A DNA stretch of 64,000 bases from Phyllosticta citribraziliensis (taxonomy: Eukaryota): the NCBI RefSeq assembly GCF_038025025.1, contig NW_027117343.1, positions 2,294,001-2,358,000 on the forward strand. Direction: 5' to 3'. The notes below the pieces were generated by a model, which ran no database searches, had not been told where the DNA came from, and saw nothing but the letters and a program-made list of their open reading frames with translations. The position numbers and the translations under genes are program-made. Position 1 is the stretch's first letter, and the number at the start of each line of letters is the position of its first letter. Of the stretch, positions 48,291 to 60,679 are shown one piece after another.

Positions 48291-48973
48291 TATGTTGGCA
48301 AGAGAATGGATGTGGTTGATTGAGATGACTGGATGATGTTGCAAAGTTGTGCGGGCGCTGTGCGCTGGATGGACTCGGAGCAGGCCAACACTCGGAAAGT
48401 GGTCTGGTTTTCCAACAGGCTGTGCCCTCGACTGGTGCTTATTGATGGTCAGAGATGCGCGTTCAGCCATACATCTAGGTTCTTGAAAAAATGACTTTGA
48501 CTTACAGCGAGAGTTTGACACCAACGGCTATGTCTGATTTGCGCGCCGGGACAGGTGAATGCCAGATTCAAAAAGAACGAATGAGGCGGCTAACCAGGTG
48601 TATCGGCCCGGATGACCTTCAAGATACAAATATCTACATAGACCTGGTGCAAACGAAAACTAGCCTGTAGTGGGGGAAGTCAAACGACAGTATTAGCCAC
48701 GTTTGGACAATTTCCATCCGCTCACTTTCACAGGCCCCATCAACCAAACCAAACCCTGCCGTTTGCCTCGACATAACCATACATCGACTTTGAGTCGGCC
48801 ACGATCTACAAATGTGTGATGGAAACTTGAACACTTAAGCTCGCGAAACTCAAAGTACACGCAGGGCTAGCCGCTCGCCAAAGCAAAGATATTTTCCTTT
48901 GGGAGACTTGATAGGCATACGAAGAGGTGTAAAGAGAAGGAAGTATTCAAAACTGCTGACATTACCATGGGCT

Positions 48974-50791
48974 TCAGAATCTCCTCTTCTTCTTTGATGG
49001 TTGCGGATTGGATGACAGAGAGCGTTTCAGCTCTTCGCGTTTGCGGTTGGCCCGTTGCTTTTCCGACTCTTGTGGCTCATCAGCGGACGGCAATGGTCGC
49101 GTAAGGCTTGACGATAAGCCTCTTGCCTTTGCGACCGACCTCGCACCTTCAGATGGTGGGCTTTTCTGCTCCTCCTTTTTTCCTGTGCCAGTCTCTGTAC
49201 TCTCAGCGCCACCAGCAGACAAGGTATGCGGTCTAGATGTCGGGGCATCTAGACTTGCTGCAGGCTTTCTTCCCCCACCGATCCTCCCCAACTTTCCCCT
49301 CGTTGGCGGTGGTTTTGTCGGCGCTTCAGAAATAGGTCGCTCATCTTCAGCGGCCTTTGATGGCTTTGGCTCATCTAGATCGGCTTCGTCTTCTGTTTCA
49401 GTTTCGGATTCTGGACTGGCCTTCTGAAGGGCGGCTTCGTCCACTTTGGCGGAAACTTCAGCCGATGGTGTCCTCCGAAGCCCTCCCAGCTTCCCTAGCT
49501 TCTTTGGACTCACAATCGTGGGCCTCTCCACAGCCCGTGAGGAGCTTGGAGTATTCTCAGGTGGCGATGAAGTCTTTACAGCCCCGCCAAGTTTTCCAAG
49601 CTTTCTTGGGCCGGTTTGGCTCGGTTTTTGCTGACCTTGTGAAGCGTCTGATGAAGTTTGTGTATTTGGACGGCTTTGCGAGGTCTTTTTCGGTGGAGCG
49701 TCAAGGTCATCATCGTCCGTAGTATCGTCTTCAGTGGTGTCGCTGATATTTTGATTTGAAGCGATTGGAGGCTGACCGGAGATCTTACCGTGATCCGGCT
49801 TGGTCTTGCGCAAGTGAGGAGGAGTTGCTTGCCTCTGCATCCCTGACGTGAGTAACTCGAGGAACTCGACAGAAAAGACAGTCATTTGACGAACCTCAAA
49901 ATTATCGTCATCTTGTGTCCCTGAAGCATCCTGCGCAAGACTCCCGGCTCCATTCTCAATGCTTGGCCTCACTGGTTCTTCAAGCCTGGCTTCATCAAAA
50001 TCTGCAGGCAATCTTGAAAGCCATCTATCGACCACGTCGATTTCGCCCTCTCCATACAAACGCATGCTGCCGATTTCAGACAAGATGAGACTGTCGTCAG
50101 TTGATGATGTGAAGTTACGCGAGCTCCGCCAACTTTCCACGTCAAAAGCGCCTACTCCATGAACTTGACGTGCAACCTGCTCTCTTGGCGTCAAATGTTT
50201 CGACCCTCGTGTGCCGGCGATGCCCGGGAAAACACTTGACAGATCAAATCCGGTCCCTTCGAGTTTATCGAGAAGCTTTGTAATAACGTGGTCCTTGGCA
50301 TTCAAATGACCAATCAAGTCTTCAATTTGTGAGCGCTGCTCCTGGGCCTTGGCCAACAGAGGCAAAGTCAGATGCTCTTTCACAACCACTTCCGAAGACG
50401 GCGTCATGGCCATTTCCCACTTCAAATCTTCAAGCGGGGCTGGCAAGGGGATCGTGAGGCGAAGTCGAAGGGCAAGATCTGGGCCACGACGCGCCAGCTT
50501 CACCGATGTGCCTTTGGAGCCATGAACAGCTGTTTCGATTTTCTCCAGGAGTAGCTGGAGCTGATCAAGGCCTTCCGTGGGATCAATGCTTGTTTCGAGC
50601 TCAAGTGCTCTGCGTATAATCTGCTTCCTGTCAAGACTTTCTTCCCAGATGTGACACAGATCAGTTATCAAGACGGTGTAGCTGCTGGGGGAGATTTGAG
50701 GTTTGATGAAGAGGTGAAGTCTTGAATCGAGAGAATCAGGCTTTAGACGCAACCAACGAGCATCCATGGCTGGCCGTGTTGATGCTTGCAT
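48974..50791 (-). CDS. NEJ1: XLF/Cernunnos (Nej1-like) non-homologous end-joining factor; intron 49894-49835
   Basis: YTVLITDLCHIWEESL, TSIDPTE..QLQLLLEKI, LPAPLEDLKWE, KDHVITKLLDKLE; basic C-terminal PSKKKRRF (Ku-binding-motif-like). Start is 50791 or 50767. Confidence 0.85.
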   Translation of the reverse strand: MQASTRPAMDARWLRLKPDSLDSRLHLFIKPQISPSSYTVLITDLCHIWEESLDRKQIIRRALELETSIDPTEGLDQLQLLLEKIETAVHGSKGTSVKLARRGPDLALRLRLTIPLPAPLEDLKWEMAMTPSSEVVVKEHLTLPLLAKAQEQRSQIEDLIGHLNAKDHVITKLLDKLEGTGFDLSSVFPGIAGTRGSKHLTPREQVARQVHGVGAFDVESWRSSRNFTSSTDDSLILSEIGSMRLYGEGEIDVVDRWLSRLPADFDEARLEEPVRPSIENGAGSLAQDASGTQDDDNFEVRQMTVFSVEFLELLTSGMQRQATPPHLRKTKPDHGKISGQPPIASNQNISDTTEDDTTDDDDLDAPPKKTSQSRPNTQTSSDASQGQQKPSQTGPRKLGKLGGAVKTSSPPENTPSSSRAVERPTIVSPKKLGKLGGLRRTPSAEVSAKVDEAALQKASPESETETEDEADLDEPKPSKAAEDERPISEAPTKPPPTRGKLGRIGGGRKPAASLDAPTSRPHTLSAGGAESTETGTGKKEEQKSPPSEGARSVAKARGLSSSLTRPLPSADEPQESEKQRANRKREELKRSLSSNPQPSKKKRRF

Positions 50792-51043
50792 TGTACTGGG
50801 AGGTGTTGTTGGCAGGTCGTGGGGCAGAACCGGAATGGAGCCTGGAGCGTTCGCGTACCTGTCCAGAGTCCGTGCGCTCAGCCACCTCCACCGCCTCACC
50901 GCCTTTGAGGGATCAGCCACAGTACCTAGGTCCGTGCGGTTCCCGTCACGTCCAAGGAAGGGAAGGCTGTCACTGTCATTCGACAATCTCAACATCCAAT
51001 CTTCTCGCCAGCACAACTTCCCACACGCACCCGAAGCTTCGAC

Positions 51044-52784
51044 ATGAGCGCCAACAATCAGCCACCTTGGCGCTCCCGGCCCGCCGCTGGCTCGAATCGC
51101 GCGCCCCAATCTACCATTCCTCGAAAACGCGCGGCAGACACCCAGGAGGAAGCCTGGGTAGCAGACGAAGACCGATTTGTCCTCCAGCAAGCAAAGCGAA
51201 AGGCCATCATACGCGTCAAGAACAGCCGGGCAAAGCCCATAGACTGGCTTGCAGTCACCCTCCGCGTCATCGATGGCACAAAAGACCCAACCGAAGACGA
51301 AGATGATAATGAGCTGGAGGTTGTGGATCCAGAGGGAATCTTGGAATCGCTCGATGCTGGCCAGATCGAAGAGCTCGAGAAGGACATTGACACATACCTC
51401 GCCCTTGAGACAGACAGGAAGAATAGGGAGTTTTGGAATGTAAGAGCAAATGCTTCGGGTCCATTCAGCTTGCTAAATCGTTGCAGACCCTCAAAGTGAT
51501 ATGCAAAGACAAGCGGCAAAAGGCAAGCTCAGGCGGTAGGGGAGCTCGTGGGGTCAGCTCAGTTTCTGCCGACGTCGACCGACTCCTCAGTCCAAAGTCC
51601 CTTGAGGAATTAGAAACATTGGAAAAACAGATTCGAAGGAAGCTCGACTCGGATGAGTCGATAGACGTGGACTACTGGGAACACTTGCTGAAGAGCCTCC
51701 TGGTGTGGAAAGCAAAGGCAAGATTAAGGCGACTGTCTCAGACAATTGTTGACAGCCGCTTGCAAAATTTGCGAAGACAGCAAGAACAGGAGGCCCACAC
51801 CGTCCGCGAGAAGCTGCTGGTTCTCTTGGGCGACAGAAAGGGCACCAATCCGCCAAGCTACTCGCCATCCCTAGACCCGGATCCTTTGCTCAAATTGCGG
51901 CCAGAAGACAAGTCCTTGGAATGTAAAGAAGAGAAGCCCTTCCTAGACTCGATCGTAAGTGCCATTACAGTCCCCCAAATCAGCCACGTGCTAAGGTGGT
52001 TAGGACGAGACGCGTCGCAAAGTACTGAAGCTGGGTTATGTTCCCATCAAGCAAGCAGGCAGTAGCTCTGTTGCCCCGAGCAAAATTGCAGACAGCACAT
52101 TGGCCCCTGGTACATCGCGATTCTCATCACGCAATGACGACTTTTCACAAGCTACGAAGGCGCTTTATGAACGTGAAGTTGCCAGAGGAGTGAATGAAAA
52201 CGAAGAGATTTTTGCAGGCGAGGAAGAAGTTGTTACTGCCAACAAGTCTCAGTGGATGGAGAAGCACCGGCCGCGCAAGCCCAGGTACTTCAATCGCGTC
52301 CAGATGGGCTATGAGTGGAACAAGTACAACCAGACTCACTATGACCACGACAATCCGCCGCCCAAGGTTGTCCAGGGTTACAAATTCAACATCTTCTACC
52401 CTGATTTGATCGACAAAACCAAAGCGCCAACCTATCGGATCGAGCGGGAGAATGGACGGAAGCGCGGCCAGTCATTTGCACCCGCTGGCGAGGAAGACAC
52501 TTGCTTGATACGTTTCATGGCCGGCCCGCCCTACGAGGACATTGCGTTCCGAATTGTGGACAAGGAATGGGATTACAGCGCAAAGCGGGAGCGTGGCTTC
52601 AAAAGCAGCTTCGACAAGGTAAGATGAGACTATCGCTAGATAAAACTTGAGCGATGAACGTGCTAATCCGATGTCGCAGGGAATTTTGCAACTTCACTTC
52701 CAGTTCAAGAAGGTAAGATGTCAATCATATGCTCTAAAGCAGAATCAAGAGGCTGACTGGTGCCAGATCTACTACCGGAAGTAA
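51044..52784 (+). CDS. Cactin (spliceosome-associated protein); exons 51044-51439, 51487-51954, 52004-52618, 52680-52712, 52767-52784
   Basis: WVADEDRFVLQQAKRKAIIRVK, KPIDWLA, DVDYWEHLL, RPRKPRYFNRVQMGYEWNKYNQTHYDHDNPPPKVVQGYKFNIFYPDL, AGPPYEDIAF, LHFQFKKIYYRK*. All four introns canonical and frame-consistent. Confidence 0.95.
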
Positions 52785-53985
52785 CCTGAACTGCGAATCC
52801 TGCGAGGCGGGCAACGACCTTGCTGGCTCCTGTTGCCAACACCCCACGGAAGGCCGTCTCCCCGTGTGGATCCATTCGTGTCATGGTTCCCCAACGGACG
52901 TCAACGCGGGGCGGAAGGTTCAGCCTGGATCCGTCCCGATCGCCGGTTCGTACGCGAATCAATCTTTCGCGTGTTTGGGAATGGGCACACAGCCTATAGC
53001 TTCTATCTGGCAGTTTTCTCAAACATCAGAGAATACTCAGCGCAAGCATTCCTCACACCTCTGGCTCAATTCTTTTCGCCCAGTGTACATGCAATTATGC
53101 CAATTCAAGCAGTTGGGCTACCCAAGCCACGAAAGACAACAATAGCAACTTGATGAGCACACAGCCTCAAACTTCCCCTAGAGACAGGTGTATCACGGGA
53201 CATTTCTGTGCTACTGTGTGCGTTGGACCAACCCAATCAGCCGTAAACTGAACGCTATTCAGCACGTGTCCCAGTTATCATAATCTCTTACGACGCGCGA
53301 GGCGAAGCGGAAGGTACCGTATCCTAGTTGGGAGCGGGCGTTTTTCCTTGTGTGATGATATCACAAATCTTCTCGGCGTGGCACTGACATGCGTGGATGG
53401 GCCCCGTTGGGCTACAGGTCTACGACGCCTTCTAGAAAGACAGATCTGAGCCCCGACGGGCACTGACTTCTCGCAGTCGGTTGGCCTATGAATGCAAGGT
53501 CTTGTGCGACACGCAGCTACCCGACCCTACCCTCCAAGCACAAAGCATCTTGGAGCTCTGGGCTTGGACAATGAGCTTCTGGTACCACGGCTTCCGACAG
53601 AAACCCTGGCTTTACTGAGCCAATGGACTTGTTCTTGTGGTCTTTGCCGGTGTAGTGGTCGTCTCGGCCCAGCAAGTGCACCAATGCTTTGCAGGCTCAA
53701 GCAGACAAAGACAATTGTTCGACAACGGGTTCGGGACTGTTTGTCTGCACGGTACTTTGCTAATCGTGCTGGCAACCGCATCGGATGGCGGCTCCCGCGG
53801 ACGCTGCTGGGAGTGTACGGCTTATAACGTCACTTGAGCGGTCCCACGAATGTCGCTCTACATAACCTTTGACCGGCGATACAAGCACAGTGGGACGGAT
53901 ACTGCTGGGTATTTGCGAATACCCTTCTCTGAATCTTCTCCCAACTTCTCCAACCTTCGCCTTCCTCAGTCCATTCACAAAGGCA

Positions 53986-55591
53986 ATGTCCGTCTCGGAA
54001 CCTGTCCAAGCTCGAGCGGAAGAATTTCATAGACGTGATACACCTGGAGAACCTTTCTTTGCGCCTCTGCCCGCGTCTCAAACTTCAACATCAGCCATGA
54101 CCTCGTCAGCCTTGCTTGTCTCCGAACCAGAGCAGTCTACATTTCCAAAGCAAGAGGTTGGAGTTGGTCCTTCGTCAGGCAACAACGACACTTCCGAAAC
54201 GCAAGACTGGTACATGACATACAGTCCATCAAGATATCCCGAAAGCTATTCGAACTACACAGCAGCCACTTGTCCCTCGGACTCGTTTGAGACGCCTTCA
54301 GCCATCAACTTTGGGGAGAATCAAGATGTGATGCCACCGGCGCCTTCTCCCGGTCCCGCCTCAGTCCTTTACAGCAACTCGAGCTCCTTTGGTGGACTTG
54401 ATCCCAACATACCGCGTTCGATCTCTTCCCCATCATGGCTGGATGTCAACTTTCCACCTGGTAACCAGCCTCCAGATTTGTCCGATCCCACCCCAATCAT
54501 GACACCCTTCCCTTCCTTGCACGATTCCGGATACTCCGACTGGTCACTGGCTTCGCATTTTCCAAACAATTTTGCCAACAGGGAATCACTCAGGCATCCT
54601 CATCCAGGCGAAGGAGGAATGTGCGACTCCAGCGCCGACAAGACAGAGCCGTATGCAAAACTCATTCACCGATGTCTCATGCAGGCTCCAAACAAAGAGA
54701 TGGTCCTTCGCGACATTTACAACTGGTTCAAGAACAACACCAACAAGGCCGCAGACAAGCGCACCAAAGGATGGCAAAACAGTATCCGTCACAACTTGTC
54801 CATGAATGGGGTAAGTGGCTTTCACTTTCCGCCTGCAAGTTTGAAATGGCTAACAAAAACAGGCCTTTCAAAAAGTTGAAGTGCCTGCTGGAGGCGACCA
54901 GAAAAAAGGCAACATGTGGAGACTGACACCTGAAGCCGTGCGAGACGGAGTCAAGAGCACTACTCGGTACCGATTGAACAACAAGTCGCATCGATCGAAA
55001 GTCTCCTGTTCGGACTCGTCATCACAACGCGCCGACGCCGGCAAAAAGGGCGGCCTGGCAGCCCGGCATAGCAGGCAGCATCGGTTCCCAGAGGTCGACG
55101 ACTGTACCCAGTATATGCAAGACCTTTCCATGTCAACACGGTCCCTGTCCAACATCCCAGGCCTGATTCCTGAAGGCTTCAGCACCATGGCCAATGGCGG
55201 TCTGGAGCAACGGCAGTGGTATGGATTTGACGCCGCCTACAACCCTTGCCGGCAATCAGGAGCAACGGAAGCGCCAGCTCGCAGCTTTACGATGCGGCCG
55301 CCGCTTAGTCCCTCACCGATGAATCCATTTCCTCCCGCATTCCACCAGCAGCCTTACTACGCCGCCAGTCCCGGTTTTTCATACGTACACCAGACACCAA
55401 ACACGACACAAGACGTCTTTTCCGCACCAAACAGCACCGACTACGGATTCGAAATGATGGCCGAATCGCCCGAGTGCGCCAGCGCAGCCTCCGACATTTC
55501 GGAGCCTCAGACACCGATCCCAGCGGGTCACGGAATGGAAGAGACCGGGACCCATCGCTTCTTCGATGCAGGACCAGGTGCAACAGTTTGA
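53986..55591 (+). CDS. Forkhead-domain transcription factor; intron 54811-54862 (start codon uncertain)
   Basis: EPYAKLIHRCLMQAP..MVLRDIYNWF..GWQNSIRHNLSMNG-AFQKV..NMWRLTPEA..GVKSTTRYR. Confidence 0.9.
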
Positions 55592-56962
55592 TGGTGGAGA
55601 AAGATCATTTTTCCTTGCGGCGGAGAGTTATGCGCGTTCCTGGGACGGATGGGTGCGCCTACAGCGCCGTTGCGGTCCCCTGGCTTGCTTTTTTGCTTCA
55701 TTTTTTTTTTTTTTTTTGGATATGCTGGTGGTTTCTGTTCTGTCACCTCCATGTTTTGCTCTGCTTTGTCGCCTTTTGGGAAGCACTACTGTACGTGTGT
55801 TGCATGTCGTCCTTTGCACATACCCACAATTCAACGAAACAATCCTGTTCGCCTACAATCCTTGCCTTATCCAGCCTTGCAGGTTTTGCTTTGGCTGCCT
55901 TGATAGCCGTGTCTACTCCTCAGCGAATTCACTCCTTGACCCAGCCTACTGCCTTTGTGTCACTTTCGCATCCTCTGCCGCGTTGGTCGCCACTGTCGTA
56001 CGTTTCTTTTGCCGCTGTGTACGTCGTCAATCAACAGAAGGCTAGCCGCATCGCATTGTTGACAGGAGGAAGACAGTGCTGGGCATGCGTTGAGGTCCTA
56101 TTCGGCTTGTGTGTGGTATGTCTGGACAAAGTCGTTTCTTCCAGCAGCGTAGTTTTGCCAATCTTCAGCGTTACCTCTTCACGGCTGTCTGACTTCCCGT
56201 CTTTCTTTCCCGTCGCGTCTTCGCATGGCTGGGGCTTCTTCAAGAAAAACTCTTCGCGCGAGTTTCGTTGCCCGGTCGCTCGCATGGACCATATGTCCTT
56301 GTCATCCAGCATTATGCGTTCGTCCTTCAACCCGTGCATCTTCGAATATGGGCTTGGCCAGAAAATCGAGGCTATTCGTACCCGGCTGTTGTACGGTCAT
56401 GCGGAACGGAACGTCCAGGGATCTCGGTCCTAGCCGCAGATGCGAATTCGAGGTCGAAGAATGGGGAGGGGTCCCTGGAACTAGACGGAATGGCGCAGCG
56501 GAGGAGGAGTCGAAGCGAAGGCTGAGGTGGGCCTACTTTATATTGACGGATAGGTGCTTCTGATGCGCGGAGCCTTCGTCCCTGACGTCCTATGTCAGAC
56601 TTCATGGTCAACTTTTAGTTGCGTCAACGCAAGGAGTGTCTTTCAGGGGAGGGTTCCCAGCAGTATGGAGACTTTTTGGTGGGCTGCCGGGCTGCATGGG
56701 GTGCAACAAGCGGCTCGGTACAGGCAGCTCCGTCTCATAACCAGATCCAGAGACATGCAGGTGCAGAAACGGTTGGCGCACGAAGCGGAGGGGAGTGGTC
56801 CTCATCTTCCCCGTATGTCCAGAAGACAAGGGATTATGGCGGGTTTGTCTGTGCGTGTTTTGGGCGTTGAAAATCTTTTTGGGAGAGGCTCAATACGATC
56901 TTGGATGTTAGAAAAGTCAAATTCGACGTGCTTGATGACTTCATCTCCGAAAGGGCCTATCA

Positions 56963-57077
56963 CGGTGGGTGTCCAAAGAAATGCGACAGACCTCCTAGCA
57001 ATGTGAGTACAGCTAGGGAGCATTCATTCACTACTGCATCTAAAGCTAGGGAGTCTCGTTTCTTTCTACACCCACTG
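56963..57077 (-). mobile_element. MITE copy with 1 internal unit (115 bp), inverted orientation
   Basis: TIRs CGGTGGGTGTCCAAAGAAATGCGAC ... GTCTCGTTTCTTTCTACACCCACTG|TA; internal TAGGGAGCATTCA core. Confidence 0.8.
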
Positions 57078-58911
57078 TAAATGTGAAAAGACGGCTTGGT
57101 TGATGCCAAAAGCAAGTCTAGGCTTGATGTCGAAATGCGGCATTGTAGAGCCGCTTGCGCCATTTATCCACATGTGCCACGTAGATGATGGCCTTTGGTC
57201 CATCTTTGATTTGGAAGCCAATCTGGCGGGACTGGTAGCGTGCCCTCTCGCGGTACATACCGTTGGGGCTCTGCGTTTGGCTCATCATCTTAGCGCTTAA
57301 ATCGTATGTTGTAAGCCGCGCGTGAAAGGACCCTCGAGCTTTTTTGGGCTTAACTGAGACAGCGGTGAGTTGCAGTGAGACATCAAAGATTTGGAGCGGG
57401 AGCCTGCCGCGTGGATGAGTGGTCACATCCGGCCGTCATAATTAGGTACATGCATAGTTGCGTCAAGATAAAGCCCATATCAGGTACCAGACCTTGCTTC
57501 GGGGCCATGTGGTTAACCGCTGCTCCGAACTCCGTGACCTCTCGGGATACTGGGGTGGTTGACAGCGCGAGTATTTCTTTGTAAATGTACAAACTTTGCA
57601 TGTATTATTTCATAGATCATTGCGCGTCAAAGTACCGAATATGAGCTTTTCTCGCGCAAACCAAGTTTTCTGGTCCAATGCGCACGAAGTTAGATATTAA
57701 AACTCAATCAAAGTCAACTGTGAGGAAGCAAATATGGATATGGACTGCAGAAAGATGGAGTCAGACGAGCATCAACAGGTAAGGTGGTCCGCACTGCAGT
57801 CGACAGGGCACAGGGCGCACAGGAGTCAGTCATCTGCGCAGTAGCAAGATCCATCCATGCTGTGGAAACAGTCCCCATACCGAAACGCTTGCGAGAGTGC
57901 CGGTACTTACGCGACTACCTGTAGATGGCCTTAGAAAATGTCGTTCCTGGTAACTGGTGGCAGCGGTCCAGCCGTCCGAACGCAAGGAGAAATACTGAGT
58001 GGCTGCAAACTCCACACACCGCCTTCGTACCCCTATCGCATTTTCCGTCAAGGCTTCCTTTTGAGTGACAGGTCATGCTTTTATGCCGCCTTGCGAGACG
58101 TGATTCGTCCCCTGCGAACTGTCAATGGAAGAAGAGGGTCCTCCCATCTTCCACCCGAGGGAGAACCCAGAGAGTTGTCAAAGCGCCTAGCGAGCCCGAA
58201 AAGCTGACCAGCGAAAGGGCACAATGACGAAAAGCAGGCGGCCTGTGAGTGGACAACGTGGTGTAGATCTTTCGCCTCTCCAGCGGTCGTTCGATTTTTC
58301 TTCGTAGTGTGCGGCGCTTGTGACGCCTTCTCATTGCTCTGACTTTTGCTTTGGCGCGGGCTGCGGAGTTTAAGCGCCTCTTCTCCTAAACTCATTGATC
58401 GCACATACGCATGGGATCGCTTCTGGGTTCGAGGCCACGTAGGTTTTGCGTTGGCGTGACAGCGGTTCATGAGACCTGCAATTCTTCTCCCCTCAGGAAG
58501 CAGTCGCCAGTCACCCCTGAAAGTTGACGGAATATCCGCCTACATCCAGTGTGGCGAGTTTCTTCCACGATGGTGCTGACGCGTTGCGGTCATTGAGAAT
58601 GCTCTTAGAGGGGACCGAACACAAACAGAAGTCCGGGGCCATTTCCGATGAGACAGAGTTTGATCCCGACGAACCCGGTCGTCCACCCTTGAAGCTTCGC
58701 AAGTAGACCACCAAATAGGCGCAATGATTTCGCCGACGAGAGGATAGAGTATACTCCACTTTGCGTTTATTCTGTCCAGTCGCGTGAGCTGGTGTGTTCA
58801 GCAACGCCAGTGATTGAGAGACATCGCAGTCTACCGCCGAGTCAGTGCACAACGGAGAGATGATCATGACGCCAGCACAAAGAGCCTCCACCGCCGGTTG
58901 ACCCCGGATTT

Positions 58912-58965
58912 TTGAGCCGCATCCGTCGCGCTTGGAGCCGCATCCAGCGCGCTTGGAGCCGCATT
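58912..58965 (+). repeat. 21-bp tandem repeat, about 2.5 copies
   Basis: GAGCCGCATCC(GT/AG)CGCGCTTG repeated. Confidence 0.75.
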
Positions 58966-59279
58966 CACTGCTCACCTCGCAATCAGACAAAGTTTAGCAG
59001 GGCTCGTCGACCCCACCCACCACTTGAAGTCTTCCATCTCCTACCTTACACAGTCCAGATGGTCTCGCATGTCCTCTGCACACTTCCGGAGCCGCTGAGA
59101 GCGTGAAAACTGACTTTTCACGCCCTAGCTGGCGACGCCGATTTCCACAGAAAGACTGGCCTAGAGCGAGAGGTGGTAGCGGCCGCACGGAATGCCCTCG
59201 GTGACGAGATCATGCATAACGCCAGAGAAGGTAGGCCTCTTGGTGAAGCCGGCAGCGTCGGCGGCGAGGAGTGCTTCTA

Positions 59280-59456
59280 CAGCAGGTGTTGAAAGAAATG
59301 AGACTCCCTGGGTTTGGCTGCAGCAATGAACGACTGCTCCCTAAGTTCAGCCATACCAGTGTGTGAATGCTCCCTAGGCAGAGCTGTAGCACTAGATGAA
59401 TGCTCGCCAGACATACTCTTTTTGCCAGGAGGTCTCATTTCTTTCGACACCTCCTG
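59280..59456 (+). mobile_element. MITE copy with 3 internal units (177 bp), best-preserved TIR pair
   Basis: TA|CAGCAGGTGTTGAAAGAAATGAGACTCCCTGG ... CCAGGAGGTCTCATTTCTTTCGACACCTCCTG; CTCCCT-type cores every 33 bp. Confidence 0.85.
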
Positions 59457-60679
59457 TGCTTCCTCGAAGGCAACGACAAACACCAGAGCGCAGCGGTCGA
59501 CGGCCTGGGAGGACAAGACACAAAAAGTTCACCTCGACCGATTGTTTCCACATTGGTGACGCGCGTTGCGACTACTCCATGGAAAATGACATGATGGCGT
59601 GGTGGAATAGCTGAAGAAAGCAACAGAATGGGTCTCGACTTGACAGCCTTTGAAGAGGTGCGGCTCGGAAGAGACATCCCACAATCCATCTCTTGCGTAG
59701 TGCCAAAGTTCTCGTTTCGAAGCACACTGTGCCGTCTTTTCCAACGTATTCCAAGGAGTCGACGTCAGATGAAAGTCATGATTCAACAACGACTTCCCAA
59801 AATGGAAGGAGCTCGGGAGTACTTTCGAAAGCCACAAGTCGAACAACACGGCTCTCCACTCGTAAACGGAAATTCGACAAGCAGTCCTACTGGAGAGCAC
59901 CTAACTAGGCGACTGCGCTACTTAATCGCGTCTCTGTGTGCCGTCAGCTCTTGTAGTGGAAGAGAAGTCAACTTACCGGCTTACTCGCGCCACCTATCGC
60001 CCGCGACAACCAAACCAAATCGAGCCAAAGCCGGGGGAAAAAAAAAAAAAAGGACGAACGTCTCCTTCTCTGGACATTGGCTGGCTTGACAAGCACTGAC
60101 AAAGGAGCTGACTGCTGAGCTAAGCAACCAGGGTAGCTGTAAGGCGAAACGTGCCATCTCGGTTAATCACCCCTCGACCCATATGCCCCAGGGTGCGACA
60201 GAAGAAAACCAGGGCGCCTTTGCAACCAACCGACAGGCGCGGAAAAGCAGCCATCAACGCGGACAATTTGTGCAGCTTCCCACAGCCGTCAATCACGGCC
60301 GGCGACGCCCACCACTGCGGAGCGCACAATTGTCCACCAATGGCGCCATGGAGTTGAAGCGCGGTCGAGCTACCAAGATGCGGAGAAGTTGGGCTACCCC
60401 AGGTTTTCGACGGGCAAACCCTTCCACGACTAGCCGCAAGCAGGCTAGCCGGGCGTAGACGTACATGTTCGCCAGCGCTCGACGCGTCCTGTGCCGGGGG
60501 CACTCCACTGCATGTATTCGTCGGACCCGGATGTGGATAATTTGTAGGAGAATTGTGGGCCGCCTGACGGACGACATGCCCCTATATCTCGACCATGAGA
60601 GCGGGTGTCGTCTGTTCGTTGTCGAATCCTCATCTCTTGTCCCTCGTCGCGTTTGTCAGTGTCGAAATTGCGGCCCAGC

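Noticed and set aside
50792..51190. N-terminal extension of the XLF ORF overlapping cactin
   Set aside because: Non-ATG start and antisense to cactin exon 1; XLF similarity begins near 50791/50767.
56000..58900. Scattered 60-150 aa ORFs between the forkhead and polygalacturonase genes
   Set aside because: No recognisable motif, frequent stops, and no consistent exon chain found by eye.
59304..59410. CRISPR-like appearance of conserved cores with variable spacers at a 33-bp period
   Set aside because: Eukaryotic context, cores only ~12 bp and degenerate, at most 3-4 units, enclosed by TIRs, no cas genes; a MITE explains it better.
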